49,362 bases of DNA from the IMG/VR virus record IMGVR_UViG_3300021255_000139; one strand, written 5' to 3'. Of this stretch, positions 1 through 8,716 are shown one piece after another. The first letter of the stretch is position 1. Every line of letters starts with the position of its first letter. The translations under genes and the position numbers were made by a program. The DNA is from a virus (Duplodnaviria; Heunggongvirae; Uroviricota; Caudoviricetes). The notes beneath the pieces were generated by a model. It worked only from the letters and a program-made list of their open reading frames with translations. It had not been told where the DNA came from and ran no database searches.

Positions 1-87
1 GATCGTGTGAGAGTCCAGCGGATGCAGCTTTCCGGGATCGTGTGAGAGTCCAGCGGATGCAGCTTTCCGGGATCGTGTGAGAGTCCA
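1..87. repeat. 35-bp tandem repeat A (GATCGTGTGAGAGTCCAGCGGATGCAGCTTTCCGG) x2.5, cut by window edge
   Basis: Exact copies at 1-35 and 36-70, partial at 71-87. Confidence 0.95.
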
Positions 88-118
88 AAAAATTTTTGAA
101 AAAATTTTAAAATAGTTG

Positions 119-174
119 TTGACAGATAAATAAATACATGATAATATAATAACCGTAAAGAGCAAACACAACTT
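119..174 (+). promoter_or_regulatory. sigmaA-type promoter + ACACAACTT box
   Basis: TTGACA 119-124, 17 nt, TAATAT; box 166-174. Confidence 0.8.
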
Positions 175-202
175 ACAAAAACAGAAACGGAGGACCATAA
201 AG

Positions 203-562
203 ATGACAGCTAACAGTGTATTAAAGAATATGTTCAAACTTTCCCAGAAAATCACGGTTTACATTCCGGCTACTATCAATATTGATCAGGAAATTGATAA
301 TACAGAATATGTCAACAGAGCAGCAACTTTATTATCTGAATGTTTCGGAGGTGCAACAAGTTGTCAGGCAGTCGGTTATTGGGTAAGCCCGGGGGCTGGA
401 CTTGTAAAAGAAAATACAACTCAAGTTTTCGCATATGCAGCAGATGAGGACTTGAAAAAACATCTTGACAAGGTAGTAAACTTTTGTATGGAAATTAAAA
501 CAGAATTAAATCAAGATGCAGTAGCACTTGAATTAAATAATGAGATGTTTTTCATTGAATAA
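203..562 (+). CDS. Conserved phage hypothetical protein (VYIPAT...GGAT...G.W motif)
   Basis: 119-aa ORF, GGAGG RBS, downstream terminator. Confidence 0.8.
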   Translation: MTANSVLKNMFKLSQKITVYIPATINIDQEIDNTEYVNRAATLLSECFGGATSCQAVGYWVSPGAGLVKENTTQVFAYAADEDLKKHLDKVVNFCMEIKTELNQDAVALELNNEMFFIE

Positions 563-581
563 ATAAAGACATAAACACAAA

Positions 582-617
582 AAAAGGAAAAGCGGCAAAA
601 GTCGCTTTTTTCTTTTT
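582..617 (+). terminator. Intrinsic terminator
   Basis: AAAAGCGGC-AAAA-GTCGCTTTT + T tract. Confidence 0.75.
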
Positions 618-721
618 GCCGGGAGTCGGATCATTCCAGCCGTTGACGTGCTGCCGGGAGTCGGATCATTCCAGCCGTTGACGTGCTGCCGGGAGTCGGA
701 TCATTCCAGCCGTTGACGTGC
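617..721. repeat. 35-bp tandem repeat B (TGCCGGGAGTCGGATCATTCCAGCCGTTGACGTGC) x3
   Basis: Exact copies at 617-651, 652-686, 687-721. Confidence 0.95.
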
Positions 722-755
722 GAAAATTCTTTTTTGAAAAAATCAAAAAAGCATA

Positions 756-810
756 TTGACAAATAAATAAATAGATGCTATTATACAATCATGAACAGCA
801 AACACAACTT
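756..810 (+). promoter_or_regulatory. sigmaA-type promoter + ACACAACTT box
   Basis: TTGACA 756-761, 17 nt, TATTAT; box 802-810. Confidence 0.8.
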
Positions 811-830
811 ATAAACCGGGAGGTAAAGCA

Positions 831-1058
831 ATGACATATTATATTTGGACTGGTGCAGATCAGGAAGATGAAAACAATAAAAAGAAAATCAGCAAAAAAG
901 AAGCAATAGAAAAATTTGGTGCTGATTTTGTCAGAGAAGCAACTAACAGCTTTAAAAGACAGAATGCAAAAGATAAGGCGATTGTTGGAATAACATATAA
1001 TTCAATCGGTAGTTGTTGGGATGAAGATTATATTTACAATTTAACAGTAGAAAAGTAA
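831..1058 (+). CDS. Hypothetical protein
   Basis: 75-aa ORF with GGAGG RBS after promoter. Confidence 0.75.
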   Translation: MTYYIWTGADQEDENNKKKISKKEAIEKFGADFVREATNSFKRQNAKDKAIVGITYNSIGSCWDEDYIYNLTVEK

Positions 1059-1090
1059 AGCGGAGTTTTCCGCTTTACTAACTACAAATA

Positions 1091-1099
1091 ACACAACTT
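1091..1099 (+). promoter_or_regulatory. ACACAACTT box without an evident promoter
   Basis: Box between hairpin AAAGCGG-AGTTTT-CCGCTTT (1057-1076) and the GGAGG RBS. Confidence 0.6.
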
Positions 1100-1121
1100 A
1101 CAATTTACGGAGGTTTGAAAA

Positions 1122-1355
1122 ATGACCATTGCGGAAATTATCGGAGAAGATGAATATTATTATCCCGGAGAAATTGCGGAGGCTATTTTTAAAGCGGCAA
1201 GCGATGACGATCCAGAAGAACACACAAAAGAAATTGAAGAAATGACAGATGCACTTTATCAGCTTAAAGCGATAGCAGAAAACAAATATAATTCAGAATA
1301 TTACAGAACGTTATACAAGTATCTTTATAAGCTGGCAAGCGTAACAGAGTTTTAA
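1122..1355 (+). CDS. Small acidic hypothetical protein
   Basis: 77-aa ORF, RBS GGAGG. Confidence 0.75.
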   Translation: MTIAEIIGEDEYYYPGEIAEAIFKAASDDDPEEHTKEIEEMTDALYQLKAIAENKYNSEYYRTLYKYLYKLASVTEF

Positions 1356-1370
1356 AAGGGAGGCAGTCAG

Positions 1371-1634
1371 ATGATCAGAGCAGCGATTTTTACAATGATT
1401 TTTGCAATTCAGGCAGCAAGCGCAACAATGCCGGGATATTATACGGAGTCGGCAACAGTGCGAGAAATAAACGGCGATTTAATCACGATAGAAACGGATC
1501 AGCAACAGCTTTTTGATTTTTTCGGAGATGGTTATAATCCCGGCGATGAAATTACTGTTTTATTTTCGGACAATAACACGGATCAGATAACAGATGATAT
1601 TATTGTTAATGTTTGGGAGGATTGCAGCAAATGA
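1371..1634 (+). CDS. Hypothetical secreted/membrane-anchored protein
   Basis: Hydrophobic N-terminus MIRAAIFTMIFAIQAASA; RBS GGAGG. Confidence 0.7.
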   Translation: MIRAAIFTMIFAIQAASATMPGYYTESATVREINGDLITIETDQQQLFDFFGDGYNPGDEITVLFSDNNTDQITDDIIVNVWEDCSK

Positions 1635-1744
1635 ATATTTTAATTGATTTATTACTTGAAAATTTCGATGCTGGCAATATGGAAGAAGTCAAAAAGATTT
1701 TAACAGAGATTGAAAAAGAATTATAATTTTTTGATTTTTTGCTA

Positions 1745-1803
1745 TTGACAAATGGATAAATACATGATATAGTAATATCAGAAACAAGGAAATAACACAA
1801 CTT
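1745..1803 (+). promoter_or_regulatory. sigmaA-type promoter + ACACAACTT box
   Basis: TTGACA 1745-1750, TATAGT; box 1795-1803. Confidence 0.8.
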
Positions 1804-1821
1804 TAAACGGAGGATCAAGAG

Positions 1822-2082
1822 ATGATGACATTAGCAGCAAGAATTGATAAGTTTATGAGTGATTATGATACTTATGGTTATATGGATGCGTTGGAATATG
1901 GTCAGGAAAACATGGTTGATTCTATTAGTGCAGATTTGGCAGCCGGGGAAACGGATCATATTATTGATTATTTCAATGAAGCAATAGAGGATATGTTAAT
2001 TGATAATGAGGACGGATATTTTACGGAGGATATCATAGAAGCAAGAAACATCCTTGAAAAGCTGGAAAATAAAGCGGCTTAA
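1822..2082 (+). CDS. Acidic protein, LPD16-like (large polyvalent protein domain)
   Basis: LAARIDKFMSDYDTYGYMD resembles the LPD16 start; highly acidic. Confidence 0.55.
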   Translation: MMTLAARIDKFMSDYDTYGYMDALEYGQENMVDSISADLAAGETDHIIDYFNEAIEDMLIDNEDGYFTEDIIEARNILEKLENKAA

Positions 2083-2099
2083 AAAGTTTTAAAAAATAC

Positions 2100-2156
2100 T
2101 AGACAAGTAAATAAATACATGATAACATACAAACAGATGCAGAGATAACACAACTT
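2100..2156 (+). promoter_or_regulatory. Promoter (TAGACA -35) + ACACAACTT box
   Basis: TAGACA 2100-2105 with the shared AATAAATACATG spacer; box 2148-2156. Confidence 0.7.
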
Positions 2157-2178
2157 ACAAAAATAGGAGGATTTAAAA

Positions 2179-2643
2179 ATGGCAAAATTAACAGTAAAGC
2201 AGTACAAGGATATCAACAGCAAGTGTAAAAATGGTTTTGTTCTTGATCTTAATTGGTTCGGTATTTGGGGAGAGAAGCAGCTTAGAAAAAATATTGTGAT
2301 TGATGATTTTACGGTCATTGATGCAGTGGTCAGATTTGGCAAGATTTACGCCGGGAGATGGTCGGATAAAGTCGCAGCAGTCCAGCCGGAAATTGAAATC
2401 AAGATTATGACGAGAAATGATCCAGAAAATTCTATGTATCACGTTCATGATCTTATTGAAGAAACCAGAGGCGAACAAGTAGCAAGGCGAAGCATGAAAC
2501 TTTTATTTGACATTGAGAAAGATTTTTCCGATGACGTGATCCTTGCAAAAGTCCGGGAAAAGCTGGAAACGCAGCCGGGAACGTATACAAGCATATTTGG
2601 AGCGGATCGAGTAGAAACAATTAGAAATTTCATAGCAGCTTGA
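2179..2643 (+). CDS. Hypothetical protein
   Basis: 154-aa ORF, AGGAGG RBS. Confidence 0.8.
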   Translation: MAKLTVKQYKDINSKCKNGFVLDLNWFGIWGEKQLRKNIVIDDFTVIDAVVRFGKIYAGRWSDKVAAVQPEIEIKIMTRNDPENSMYHVHDLIEETRGEQVARRSMKLLFDIEKDFSDDVILAKVREKLETQPGTYTSIFGADRVETIRNFIAA

Positions 2644-2659
2644 CGGATATATAAAAATG

Positions 2660-2699
2660 GTGCTATGGTATAGTAAAAGATATCATAGCACTTTAATTT
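2660..2699 (+). terminator. Hairpin/terminator overlapping a TTGACG (2640) promoter
   Basis: GTGCTATGGTAT...ATATCATAGCAC followed by TTTAATTT. Confidence 0.55.
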
Positions 2700-2722
2700 G
2701 ACAAAATAGGAGGAATAATATC

Positions 2723-3130
2723 ATGATCGGATTTTTGGCAGCAGTTTTTTATAATATTGCATATGGTGCAGCGGATAGCATGAAAACAAATAGAGCAGTG
2801 CGAGAAAATCAGCCAAAAGCGCAAAAATGGATCGCAGAACGTGAAGAAATACAGAAAAAATCAGATGCACGAATTGCGGCGATTTTGGCACGTTATGAGA
2901 GAGAGGATCAGGAACGAGAAGCCCAGAGAGCAAGAGAAGCAGCAGAACAGCAGAAACAGACAGAGAAACAGGATCAGGAGAAGGAACAGAAGAAAACCGA
3001 GAACAAGCGCAAGAAGTCCGGCAGTGCTGGCAGTGTGAAGATTGAAACAATCGAGATTAAAGACAATGATGCTTTTAACGCTTTATTTGACGATTTAAGC
3101 GCATTATTTACGGGAGGCAATGAGAAATGA
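2723..3130 (+). CDS. Coiled-coil hypothetical protein with hydrophobic N-terminus
   Basis: E/Q/K/R-rich 135-aa ORF, AGGAGG RBS. Confidence 0.7.
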   Translation: MIGFLAAVFYNIAYGAADSMKTNRAVRENQPKAQKWIAEREEIQKKSDARIAAILARYEREDQEREAQRAREAAEQQKQTEKQDQEKEQKKTENKRKKSGSAGSVKIETIEIKDNDAFNALFDDLSALFTGGNEK

Positions 3131-3411
3131 AACAAGTATATCAAAACGCAGAAATAACAGCATTTTCCGGGATCAGAGACGCTTTTAACAAGCCGTGTTA
3201 TATAGTCTTAAATAGTGCGCTGGATGAATTGCGGATTGTGGCAAAAAATCCAGAATACAAACGGAGACGAAAAGAACTTGACGCAAGAGGACTTCAACAC
3301 GTTAAAGTACAAGAGTATTTGGAAGTGATCGACTTGAAGCAGAAAACAGCGGATTTTATAGAAAAGCATTTTCCCGGATATAAGCACACAGCTTTTCAAA
3401 TTTGGAACTAA
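3127..3411 (+). CDS. Hypothetical protein
   Basis: 94-aa ORF, ATGA overlap with the upstream gene. Confidence 0.7.
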   Translation: MKQVYQNAEITAFSGIRDAFNKPCYIVLNSALDELRIVAKNPEYKRRRKELDARGLQHVKVQEYLEVIDLKQKTADFIEKHFPGYKHTAFQIWN

Positions 3412-3428
3412 AAAATTAAAATTTAGGC

Positions 3429-3485
3429 TTGACAATAAAATAAATACATGATATATTATATTCAGATACAGAGATAACACAACTT
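3429..3485 (+). promoter_or_regulatory. sigmaA-type promoter + ACACAACTT box
   Basis: TTGACA 3429-3434; box 3477-3485. Confidence 0.8.
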
Positions 3486-3506
3486 ACAAAGAAGGGAGCG
3501 GATCAG

Positions 3507-3923
3507 ATGAATACTTATCATGATGATATCATTGCAAGCCTTGAAGGATTTAAGAAAGTCGGAGAAAGCGGAGGAACTTTTATAACTAATTTGTTTTGGA
3601 ATCCAGCAACAAACGAAACAAAGTCAATTTGTGTTAGAGATTATGATTATAACGATTGCAGCCGGGATATTGACGAATTATATTATATGCCGATTGACGA
3701 AGAGGCAAAAGTTAATTATCAGCATTCATTAGGTATTATTCTTGAAGGTGATACAGTAATGATCATAAAAGGTCGGAAAATTCCAGCCGGATCAGTAAAG
3801 AAGGTTAGAAAGAAATATCCTTTTAAAGACAGATATGGAAGATGGCAAGCAGATTATTTATACTTTGAAGATGGTACAAAAACAAACGTCAATAATTGTA
3901 TACTGGTATTAGAAACATCATAA
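3507..3923 (+). CDS. Hypothetical protein with KOW-like motif
   Basis: GDTVMIIKGRKIPAG resembles a KOW motif. Confidence 0.65.
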   Translation: MNTYHDDIIASLEGFKKVGESGGTFITNLFWNPATNETKSICVRDYDYNDCSRDIDELYYMPIDEEAKVNYQHSLGIILEGDTVMIIKGRKIPAGSVKKVRKKYPFKDRYGRWQADYLYFEDGTKTNVNNCILVLETS

Positions 3924-3927
3924 AATC

Positions 3928-3965
3928 AAGTTGTGGGAGAAGATGAAAAATCCCACAACTTTTTT
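3928..3965 (+). terminator. Intrinsic terminator whose stem contains CACAACTT
   Basis: AAGTTGTGGGA / TCCCACAACTT + T tract. Confidence 0.8.
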
Positions 3966-3976
3966 AATTTTACTAC

Positions 3977-4029
3977 TTGACAAATAGATAAAGAGAGAGT
4001 ATATTATAATCAAACAAACAACACAACTT
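3977..4029 (+). promoter_or_regulatory. sigmaA-type promoter + ACACAACTT box
   Basis: TTGACA 3977-3982; box 4021-4029. Confidence 0.8.
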
Positions 4030-4052
4030 ACAATTATTCAGGAGGTAGAACA

Positions 4053-4532
4053 ATGGCAACAAACAATTATAAAACAATGAGAAATTTCAATATTTACGCT
4101 TATGAAGTCGATACAGATGATATTTTCGCAGCACTTAAAGAAGAATACGAAGAGGAAGAAATAACGCTTGATATGGTTTATGATATTTCAGATACTTATT
4201 ATGAGGACTTTCGCCGGGAGATTGATCCTATTATTGAAAAGTTGAATGATCAGAGCATTTTCCATAAAATCACACTGGCAGCCGGATATTACGAAGGAAT
4301 CCAGCTTGTAATTGAAGCAGAACACGAACTTGACAAGTATAATGATTATGACGATGAAGATTGTGAATATTACTTTGATATGTGCCGGGATGATGCATAT
4401 AAAGCATTTTACAAAGAGATTGAAACAATCAGAGAAGAATTAAACAAAGTTGCTTGTGATTTGGGAATGATCCAGTATGTACACAGTGCAACAGATAGCA
4501 GCGGATATGGATATTATAAGAGAGTCGCATAA
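4053..4532 (+). CDS. Highly acidic hypothetical protein (DNA-mimic candidate)
   Basis: D/E/Y-rich 159-aa ORF, GGAGG RBS. Confidence 0.75.
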   Translation: MATNNYKTMRNFNIYAYEVDTDDIFAALKEEYEEEEITLDMVYDISDTYYEDFRREIDPIIEKLNDQSIFHKITLAAGYYEGIQLVIEAEHELDKYNDYDDEDCEYYFDMCRDDAYKAFYKEIETIREELNKVACDLGMIQYVHSATDSSGYGYYKRVA

Positions 4533-4557
4533 CTTGATGAATAAATAAAAATAGTGC

Positions 4558-4609
4558 TTGACATATGATAATAGTTGTGTTATCTTATAGTTACAAGGTA
4601 ACACAACTT
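4558..4609 (+). promoter_or_regulatory. Promoter with inverted + direct ACACAACT copies
   Basis: TTGACA 4558-4563; AGTTGTGT 4573-4580; box 4601-4609. Confidence 0.8.
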
Positions 4610-4622
4610 TTAATTATCGGAG

Positions 4623-4820
4623 GTGCGAGAAATGACAAGAAAAGAAATGATTACCGCTTGTGTTGATGATCAGATAGCAAGAGGAATTGTAAAAGCAGAA
4701 AACCGAGCAAAACAGATAAAAGTCAGATTAAACGGATCAGGATATATAAAAGCAATGAGCAAGTCAGATTGTGAAAACTGGTATGAAGAAATTTTTGGAA
4801 AAGCTGAAAAAACAGCTTGA
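4623..4820 (+). CDS. Hypothetical protein
   Basis: 65-aa ORF; start may be ATG 4632. Confidence 0.7.
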   Translation: MREMTRKEMITACVDDQIARGIVKAENRAKQIKVRLNGSGYIKAMSKSDCENWYEEIFGKAEKTA

Positions 4821-4871
4821 CAAATAAATAAAGAGATGATAATATAAAGCTACAAACAGATAACACAACTT
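4817..4871 (+). promoter_or_regulatory. sigmaA-type promoter + ACACAACTT box
   Basis: TTGACA 4817-4822; box 4863-4871. Confidence 0.8.
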
Positions 4872-4892
4872 ACAAAACGGAGGATAAAGGAA

Positions 4893-5090
4893 ATGAGGAA
4901 ATTTTACAACTTTGAAACAATGTTTAAGAGTCTGAAAGAAGAGTTGACGGAGTTTCTGAAAGAATCCGGGATATATTACGAAGTCAGCGGATGCGGAAAA
5001 GGTTATCACTTTGAAATCAAGTGCAACAATGAAGAAGTAGAAAAAATTAATAACTGGTTAGATGATCATACAATTACGGAGGTGGCATGA
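4893..5090 (+). CDS. Hypothetical protein
   Basis: 65-aa ORF, GGAGG RBS. Confidence 0.75.
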   Translation: MRKFYNFETMFKSLKEELTEFLKESGIYYEVSGCGKGYHFEIKCNNEEVEKINNWLDDHTITEVA

Positions 5091-5428
5091 TGAATTACAA
5101 TTTTATTTCTTATCAGCCAACAGCAGAAGAAAGAGCAAGAGAAAAGGAACTTGCAGCAAAATGCAAGAGTGAAAACGGGCTGGATCATGATGAATTTTTC
5201 GAGTATATCGGAACAATCAACAGATATTCACTTTTGGATCGTATGAGGTGTGATTGTGGTTATTATTTAGGGAACGGCAACAGATGCAACAAATATTTGT
5301 GGGGAGGCAGCCCGGAGAAACATATTAAATACATGAAATATCTTTGGAATGAATTTAAAACAGAGGATAAACCGGAATGGTTGACGCTGGAAGAAATTGA
5401 AGATTTAGAAAAACAGATGGCAGCTTGA
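5087..5428 (+). CDS. LPD11 (large polyvalent protein domain 11)-like protein
   Basis: YSLLDRMRCDCGYYLGNGNR...LW...KPEWLTLEEI.DLEKQM matches the LPD11 pattern. Confidence 0.75.
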   Translation: MMNYNFISYQPTAEERAREKELAAKCKSENGLDHDEFFEYIGTINRYSLLDRMRCDCGYYLGNGNRCNKYLWGGSPEKHIKYMKYLWNEFKTEDKPEWLTLEEIEDLEKQMAA

Positions 5429-5444
5429 AAAGGAGGGTTATAAA

Positions 5445-5648
5445 ATGATCAAATATCCGTTTTACTATTACGCAGAATATGCAGATGGTGCAAGCCTTTA
5501 TTTTAAAGGTTTTTCAGAGGATGAATGCATTCAGAATATTGCGGATCAGGTCGCAGAACATGGAGAATGTACAATGTACACTGGTGTAAATGATGATGAT
5601 TATGTCGATGGTGAATATATCGGATCAGAGAACTTTATTTATGAATAA
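5445..5648 (+). CDS. Small acidic hypothetical protein
   Basis: 67-aa ORF, AGGAGG RBS. Confidence 0.7.
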   Translation: MIKYPFYYYAEYADGASLYFKGFSEDECIQNIADQVAEHGECTMYTGVNDDDYVDGEYIGSENFIYE

Positions 5649-5664
5649 TTCAGGAGGTGCAGTA

Positions 5665-6090
5665 ATGAAAGCAGCAAGAAAAATGATGGCTATGGTTATT
5701 ATGTTTGTTATGATCTTTTCAGTCGGTATTATCCCGGCAGAAGCAGCCGCAAAGAGTCCAGCGGTAAAACAGTGTGAAACGGTCGAGAAGCGCATTAAAA
5801 AGGCATATAAACACGTTAAGATTGTGAAACATACAAAGAATAATGATGATCGTTTTTGGAGCATTATAGAGCATAGAAAAGGCAAGAAATATTATGTTGT
5901 GGAGCGGATTGCCGGAACAGTCACGAACAGCAAGAAAGACGGAAGAGACGCAAACGGTTATTATATCAGTTATAAGCGAGTAAAGGGAGTAAAAGCCGGG
6001 AGCAAGGTTATTAGCTATTTTGTTTACAGTCGCAACAATAATTATTGTGATGATATTATCGCACGATATGACGTAGTAATCAAAAAGTAA
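5665..6090 (+). CDS. Secreted basic hypothetical protein
   Basis: Start reassigned to ATG 5665 after GGAGG; signal peptide-like MKAARKMMAMVIMFVMIFSVGIIPAEA. Confidence 0.75.
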   Translation: MKAARKMMAMVIMFVMIFSVGIIPAEAAAKSPAVKQCETVEKRIKKAYKHVKIVKHTKNNDDRFWSIIEHRKGKKYYVVERIAGTVTNSKKDGRDANGYYISYKRVKGVKAGSKVISYFVYSRNNNYCDDIIARYDVVIKK

Positions 6091-6110
6091 AAAGAATAAA
6101 TAAATACATA

Positions 6111-6166
6111 TTGACAAATAATTGAAGTTGTGATATCTTATAACCAACAGATAACACAACTTTCAA
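6111..6166 (+). promoter_or_regulatory. Promoter with inverted + direct CACAACTT copies
   Basis: TTGACA 6111-6116; TTGAAGTTGTG 6122-6132; box 6154-6162. Confidence 0.8.
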
Positions 6167-6186
6167 TTTACCGGGAGGATTAAACA

Positions 6187-6378
6187 ATGTGGAAAGATTA
6201 TATTACAAGGCTTAAAACTGAATGGATCGGGAAAAAGGTATATTTTGAGAACAAAATTTATACAATAGTCGATGTTGATTATAACGGAGTTTTACACATT
6301 GACAAGAAATCTAAATATAATGACACAACAGCGGTTTATATGCCATATGAAGCAGAAAAGAATTTAGTGGAGGCGTAA
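6187..6378 (+). CDS. Small hypothetical protein
   Basis: 63-aa ORF, GGAGG RBS. Confidence 0.75.
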   Translation: MWKDYITRLKTEWIGKKVYFENKIYTIVDVDYNGVLHIDKKSKYNDTTAVYMPYEAEKNLVEA

Positions 6379-6380
6379 CA

Positions 6381-6725
6381 ATGGCAGTATATGAAATCAG
6401 CGCAAGAAATACGGAGTATGGACTTTCAGAAAGCAAAGTATCAGCTATTGTGCTGGCAAAAGAAAACAGAGCAGATGTTATTGATGCAGATACTGGTGAG
6501 GTTTATTTCAGTTATTCCAGTTTCAGCCAAAAAGTAAAAAATCTTGTTAGCCGGGAAGTTATTCCTAATATTCAGGATGAAACAACAAAGAACATTATCA
6601 ATAATATTATGTTTGCAGATGAAAATAGTATTGATTGGAGTTATGTTTATCATGTTGTAATGGCATTTATGCCGGAATTGCAGTTATATGATGGCTATAA
6701 GCTGGAAGAAATGGAGGCGTTTTAA
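6381..6725 (+). CDS. Hypothetical protein
   Basis: 114-aa ORF, GGAGG RBS. Confidence 0.7.
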   Translation: MAVYEISARNTEYGLSESKVSAIVLAKENRADVIDADTGEVYFSYSSFSQKVKNLVSREVIPNIQDETTKNIINNIMFADENSIDWSYVYHVVMAFMPELQLYDGYKLEEMEAF

Positions 6726-7088
6726 ATGGCAGTGCAGTTATATACATATAATGGAGAAGCAGCGGAAACAGTGCGGAAAATCACGGATCAGCGCACAGAA
6801 TACGATTTAAACACGCTTTACTATAATAAAGTGTTCGGCTGGTGGTGGTATCGCAACAGCAAGGGATATTTTCATGTTGTGAAGATTGAACGTAAGAGAA
6901 AAATCTTTACAAAAGCAGCCGGGAGGCTTGTTTGGTATGGTATCTATGATTATATGTTGAGCGGATCAAATGAAGTCAAATTTTCAAAGTATTATGGTTA
7001 TAAAGACACTATTGATGAAGCTATCCGGGAAGTAAACAAGATTTACAGGGTCGCAGAAAATCCCGATATAAACATAAATAATACTTGA
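6726..7088 (+). CDS. Hypothetical protein
   Basis: 120-aa ORF, GGAGG RBS. Confidence 0.7.
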   Translation: MAVQLYTYNGEAAETVRKITDQRTEYDLNTLYYNKVFGWWWYRNSKGYFHVVKIERKRKIFTKAAGRLVWYGIYDYMLSGSNEVKFSKYYGYKDTIDEAIREVNKIYRVAENPDININNT

Positions 7089-7136
7089 CAAACGTATAAA
7101 TAAAGCATATAATAAAAGAAACTTGAAACACAACTT
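7085..7136 (+). promoter_or_regulatory. sigmaA-type promoter + ACACAACTT box
   Basis: TTGACA-17-TATAAT (7085-7113); box 7128-7136. Confidence 0.85.
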
Positions 7137-7178
7137 ACAATTTTTATGGTGTAATATTCGCAAGGAAGAGGTGCGATA

Positions 7179-7418
7179 ATGTCAAACAAAGAATATATAA
7201 TGAATTTGTGTCATTGTGGCGAAAATGATTCTATTGCTTATAAACCGTATGTAGCCGGGAGACTGGTTAATGATATATCAGTTAATGAAGCAGTTTCGAT
7301 AATTGAACAGAATACAAAGGAATTGCAAGAGATTGGATTAATGACAGATGAACAGTGTTTACAAAGTGCGAGAAATATATTTAAAAAACACGTTTTTATT
7401 TTCCCGGAGGTGCGATAA
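7179..7418 (+). CDS. Hypothetical protein
   Basis: 79-aa ORF, GAGGTG RBS. Confidence 0.7.
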   Translation: MSNKEYIMNLCHCGENDSIAYKPYVAGRLVNDISVNEAVSIIEQNTKELQEIGLMTDEQCLQSARNIFKKHVFIFPEVR

Positions 7419-7690
7419 TGAACATTTACAATATAGATGATCAGCTTTTTAATTTATCGGCGGCTTGCAGCGCAAACTTGAACAATAACAAGTGTTCTAT
7501 GTGGGTTTTATATGCAGTCAGTAGGCATATTGACACAGGAAGAGCAACAAGGGATTTTGAAAAGAGATTTTGCACATTAAGCCGGGAGCAGCTTGATCAA
7601 CTTGTGAATTATTCTCTTATGACTGGATTATCTGATGATGATATTATTAAAAGAGTCAAAAATTTTCTTTCAAAATCTATTGACAAATGA
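7418..7690 (+). CDS. Hypothetical protein
   Basis: 90-aa ORF, TAATG coupling. Confidence 0.7.
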   Translation: MNIYNIDDQLFNLSAACSANLNNNKCSMWVLYAVSRHIDTGRATRDFEKRFCTLSREQLDQLVNYSLMTGLSDDDIIKRVKNFLSKSIDK

Positions 7691-7734
7691 ATAAATACAT
7701 GATAGCATAAACACAACTTACAAATGACACAACT
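7680..7734 (+). promoter_or_regulatory. Promoter with two tandem ACACAACT boxes
   Basis: TTGACA 7680-7685; boxes 7711-7719 and 7727-7734. Confidence 0.75.
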
Positions 7735-7752
7735 AATAGTTGGAGGTGGATC

Positions 7753-7920
7753 ATGAACAAACTTTATTCAATCAGATTGGAAATGTCAAACGGTTATTTG
7801 TTGCAAGTGTTTAATTTTTGGAATAAGTCGGAGGCAGTCGTAAAAATGGCAGATTTACCCGGCTGGAACTTTTCAGAGATAGAAAACAATGATATTCATA
7901 CTATTTGGAGAGGTGTTTGA
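7753..7920 (+). CDS. Small hypothetical protein (55 aa, not in ORF track)
   Basis: GGAGG RBS, ATG 7753, MNKLYSIRLEM...WRGV, TGA 7918-7920. Confidence 0.65.
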   Translation: MNKLYSIRLEMSNGYLLQVFNFWNKSEAVVKMADLPGWNFSEIENNDIHTIWRGV

Positions 7921-7921
7921 T

Positions 7922-8101
7922 ATGACGGTGGATCAATATAGAGAAAAGTATTTTGATATTATAAGCGAGTACGCAAGGAAAAGCACTTTTGAAGAATGGA
8001 GTAATACAGAGTATCGAAAAGAAGCGTATCAGCAAGCAGCAAGGCGTTTTGTGGGGCTTTACGGGCTGGATGCATGGAAATCATTAGGTTATAGCAAATA
8101 A
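7922..8101 (+). CDS. Small hypothetical protein
   Basis: Start reassigned to ATG 7922 after GAGGTG. Confidence 0.65.
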   Translation: MTVDQYREKYFDIISEYARKSTFEEWSNTEYRKEAYQQAARRFVGLYGLDAWKSLGYSK

Positions 8102-8156
8102 GGGGAATATGAAGCAAATAAGGGGCTTTAATTGAGTTTTGAAGGGAGACAGAACA

Positions 8157-8627
8157 ATGATCATTAGCATGGAAAAGGCAAGAGAGTTAGCAAAGGAAAG
8201 AGATCGACTTTATAATAGAGCGATACGTGAAAGAGAACAAAGTAAACAGTTTTTTGATATGGGCTATGTTGATTTTGCGGATTATTTGCAAGAGTCTAAT
8301 AAACATTTTGGAATGGCTGAACAAATCAATAAAATGTTAAAACGTATTGGATATGATGAAAAGAAGTATTCAGCGCATGACAAGCAGATGATCCGTTTAG
8401 GAATCCAGCAGAAATTGATGGGATTGTTTTTCATTCTGGCTAGTGTTTTAATGGTTTTGATAGATGGAGATGGTACAGTCGGTGTTATGTTTGTTCCAGT
8501 TGGCATTTATATGATCTTTACTAAAAAGTGCTGGATTTATCATAAGAGAATCAAAGAGGAAGAGCCGGAAGAACGTGCAGATATCTATGATTTTTATGAT
8601 CAGCAGCAGAAAAGAAAATGTAAATAA
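8157..8627 (+). CDS. Membrane protein (two TM helices)
   Basis: LMGLFFILASVLMVLI and VGVMFVPVGIYMIF segments; start ATG 8157. Confidence 0.7.
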   Translation: MIISMEKARELAKERDRLYNRAIREREQSKQFFDMGYVDFADYLQESNKHFGMAEQINKMLKRIGYDEKKYSAHDKQMIRLGIQQKLMGLFFILASVLMVLIDGDGTVGVMFVPVGIYMIFTKKCWIYHKRIKEEEPEERADIYDFYDQQQKRKCK

Positions 8628-8643
8628 AATTCGCATTTTATAC

Positions 8644-8695
8644 TTGACAGATAAATAAATATATAGTATAGTATAAGAGTAAACAAATACAACTT
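8644..8695 (+). promoter_or_regulatory. sigmaA-type promoter + ATACAACTT variant box
   Basis: TTGACA 8644-8649; box 8687-8695. Confidence 0.75.
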
Positions 8696-8716
8696 ACAAA
8701 TAGATTGGAGGATATC

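Noticed and set aside
1-721. 35-bp repeats as CRISPR arrays
   Set aside because: Copies are directly adjacent with no unique spacers, and there are no cas genes.
8093-8125. AGCAAATAAGGGG direct repeat x2
   Set aside because: Short, two copies, no other instances; likely a local duplication.
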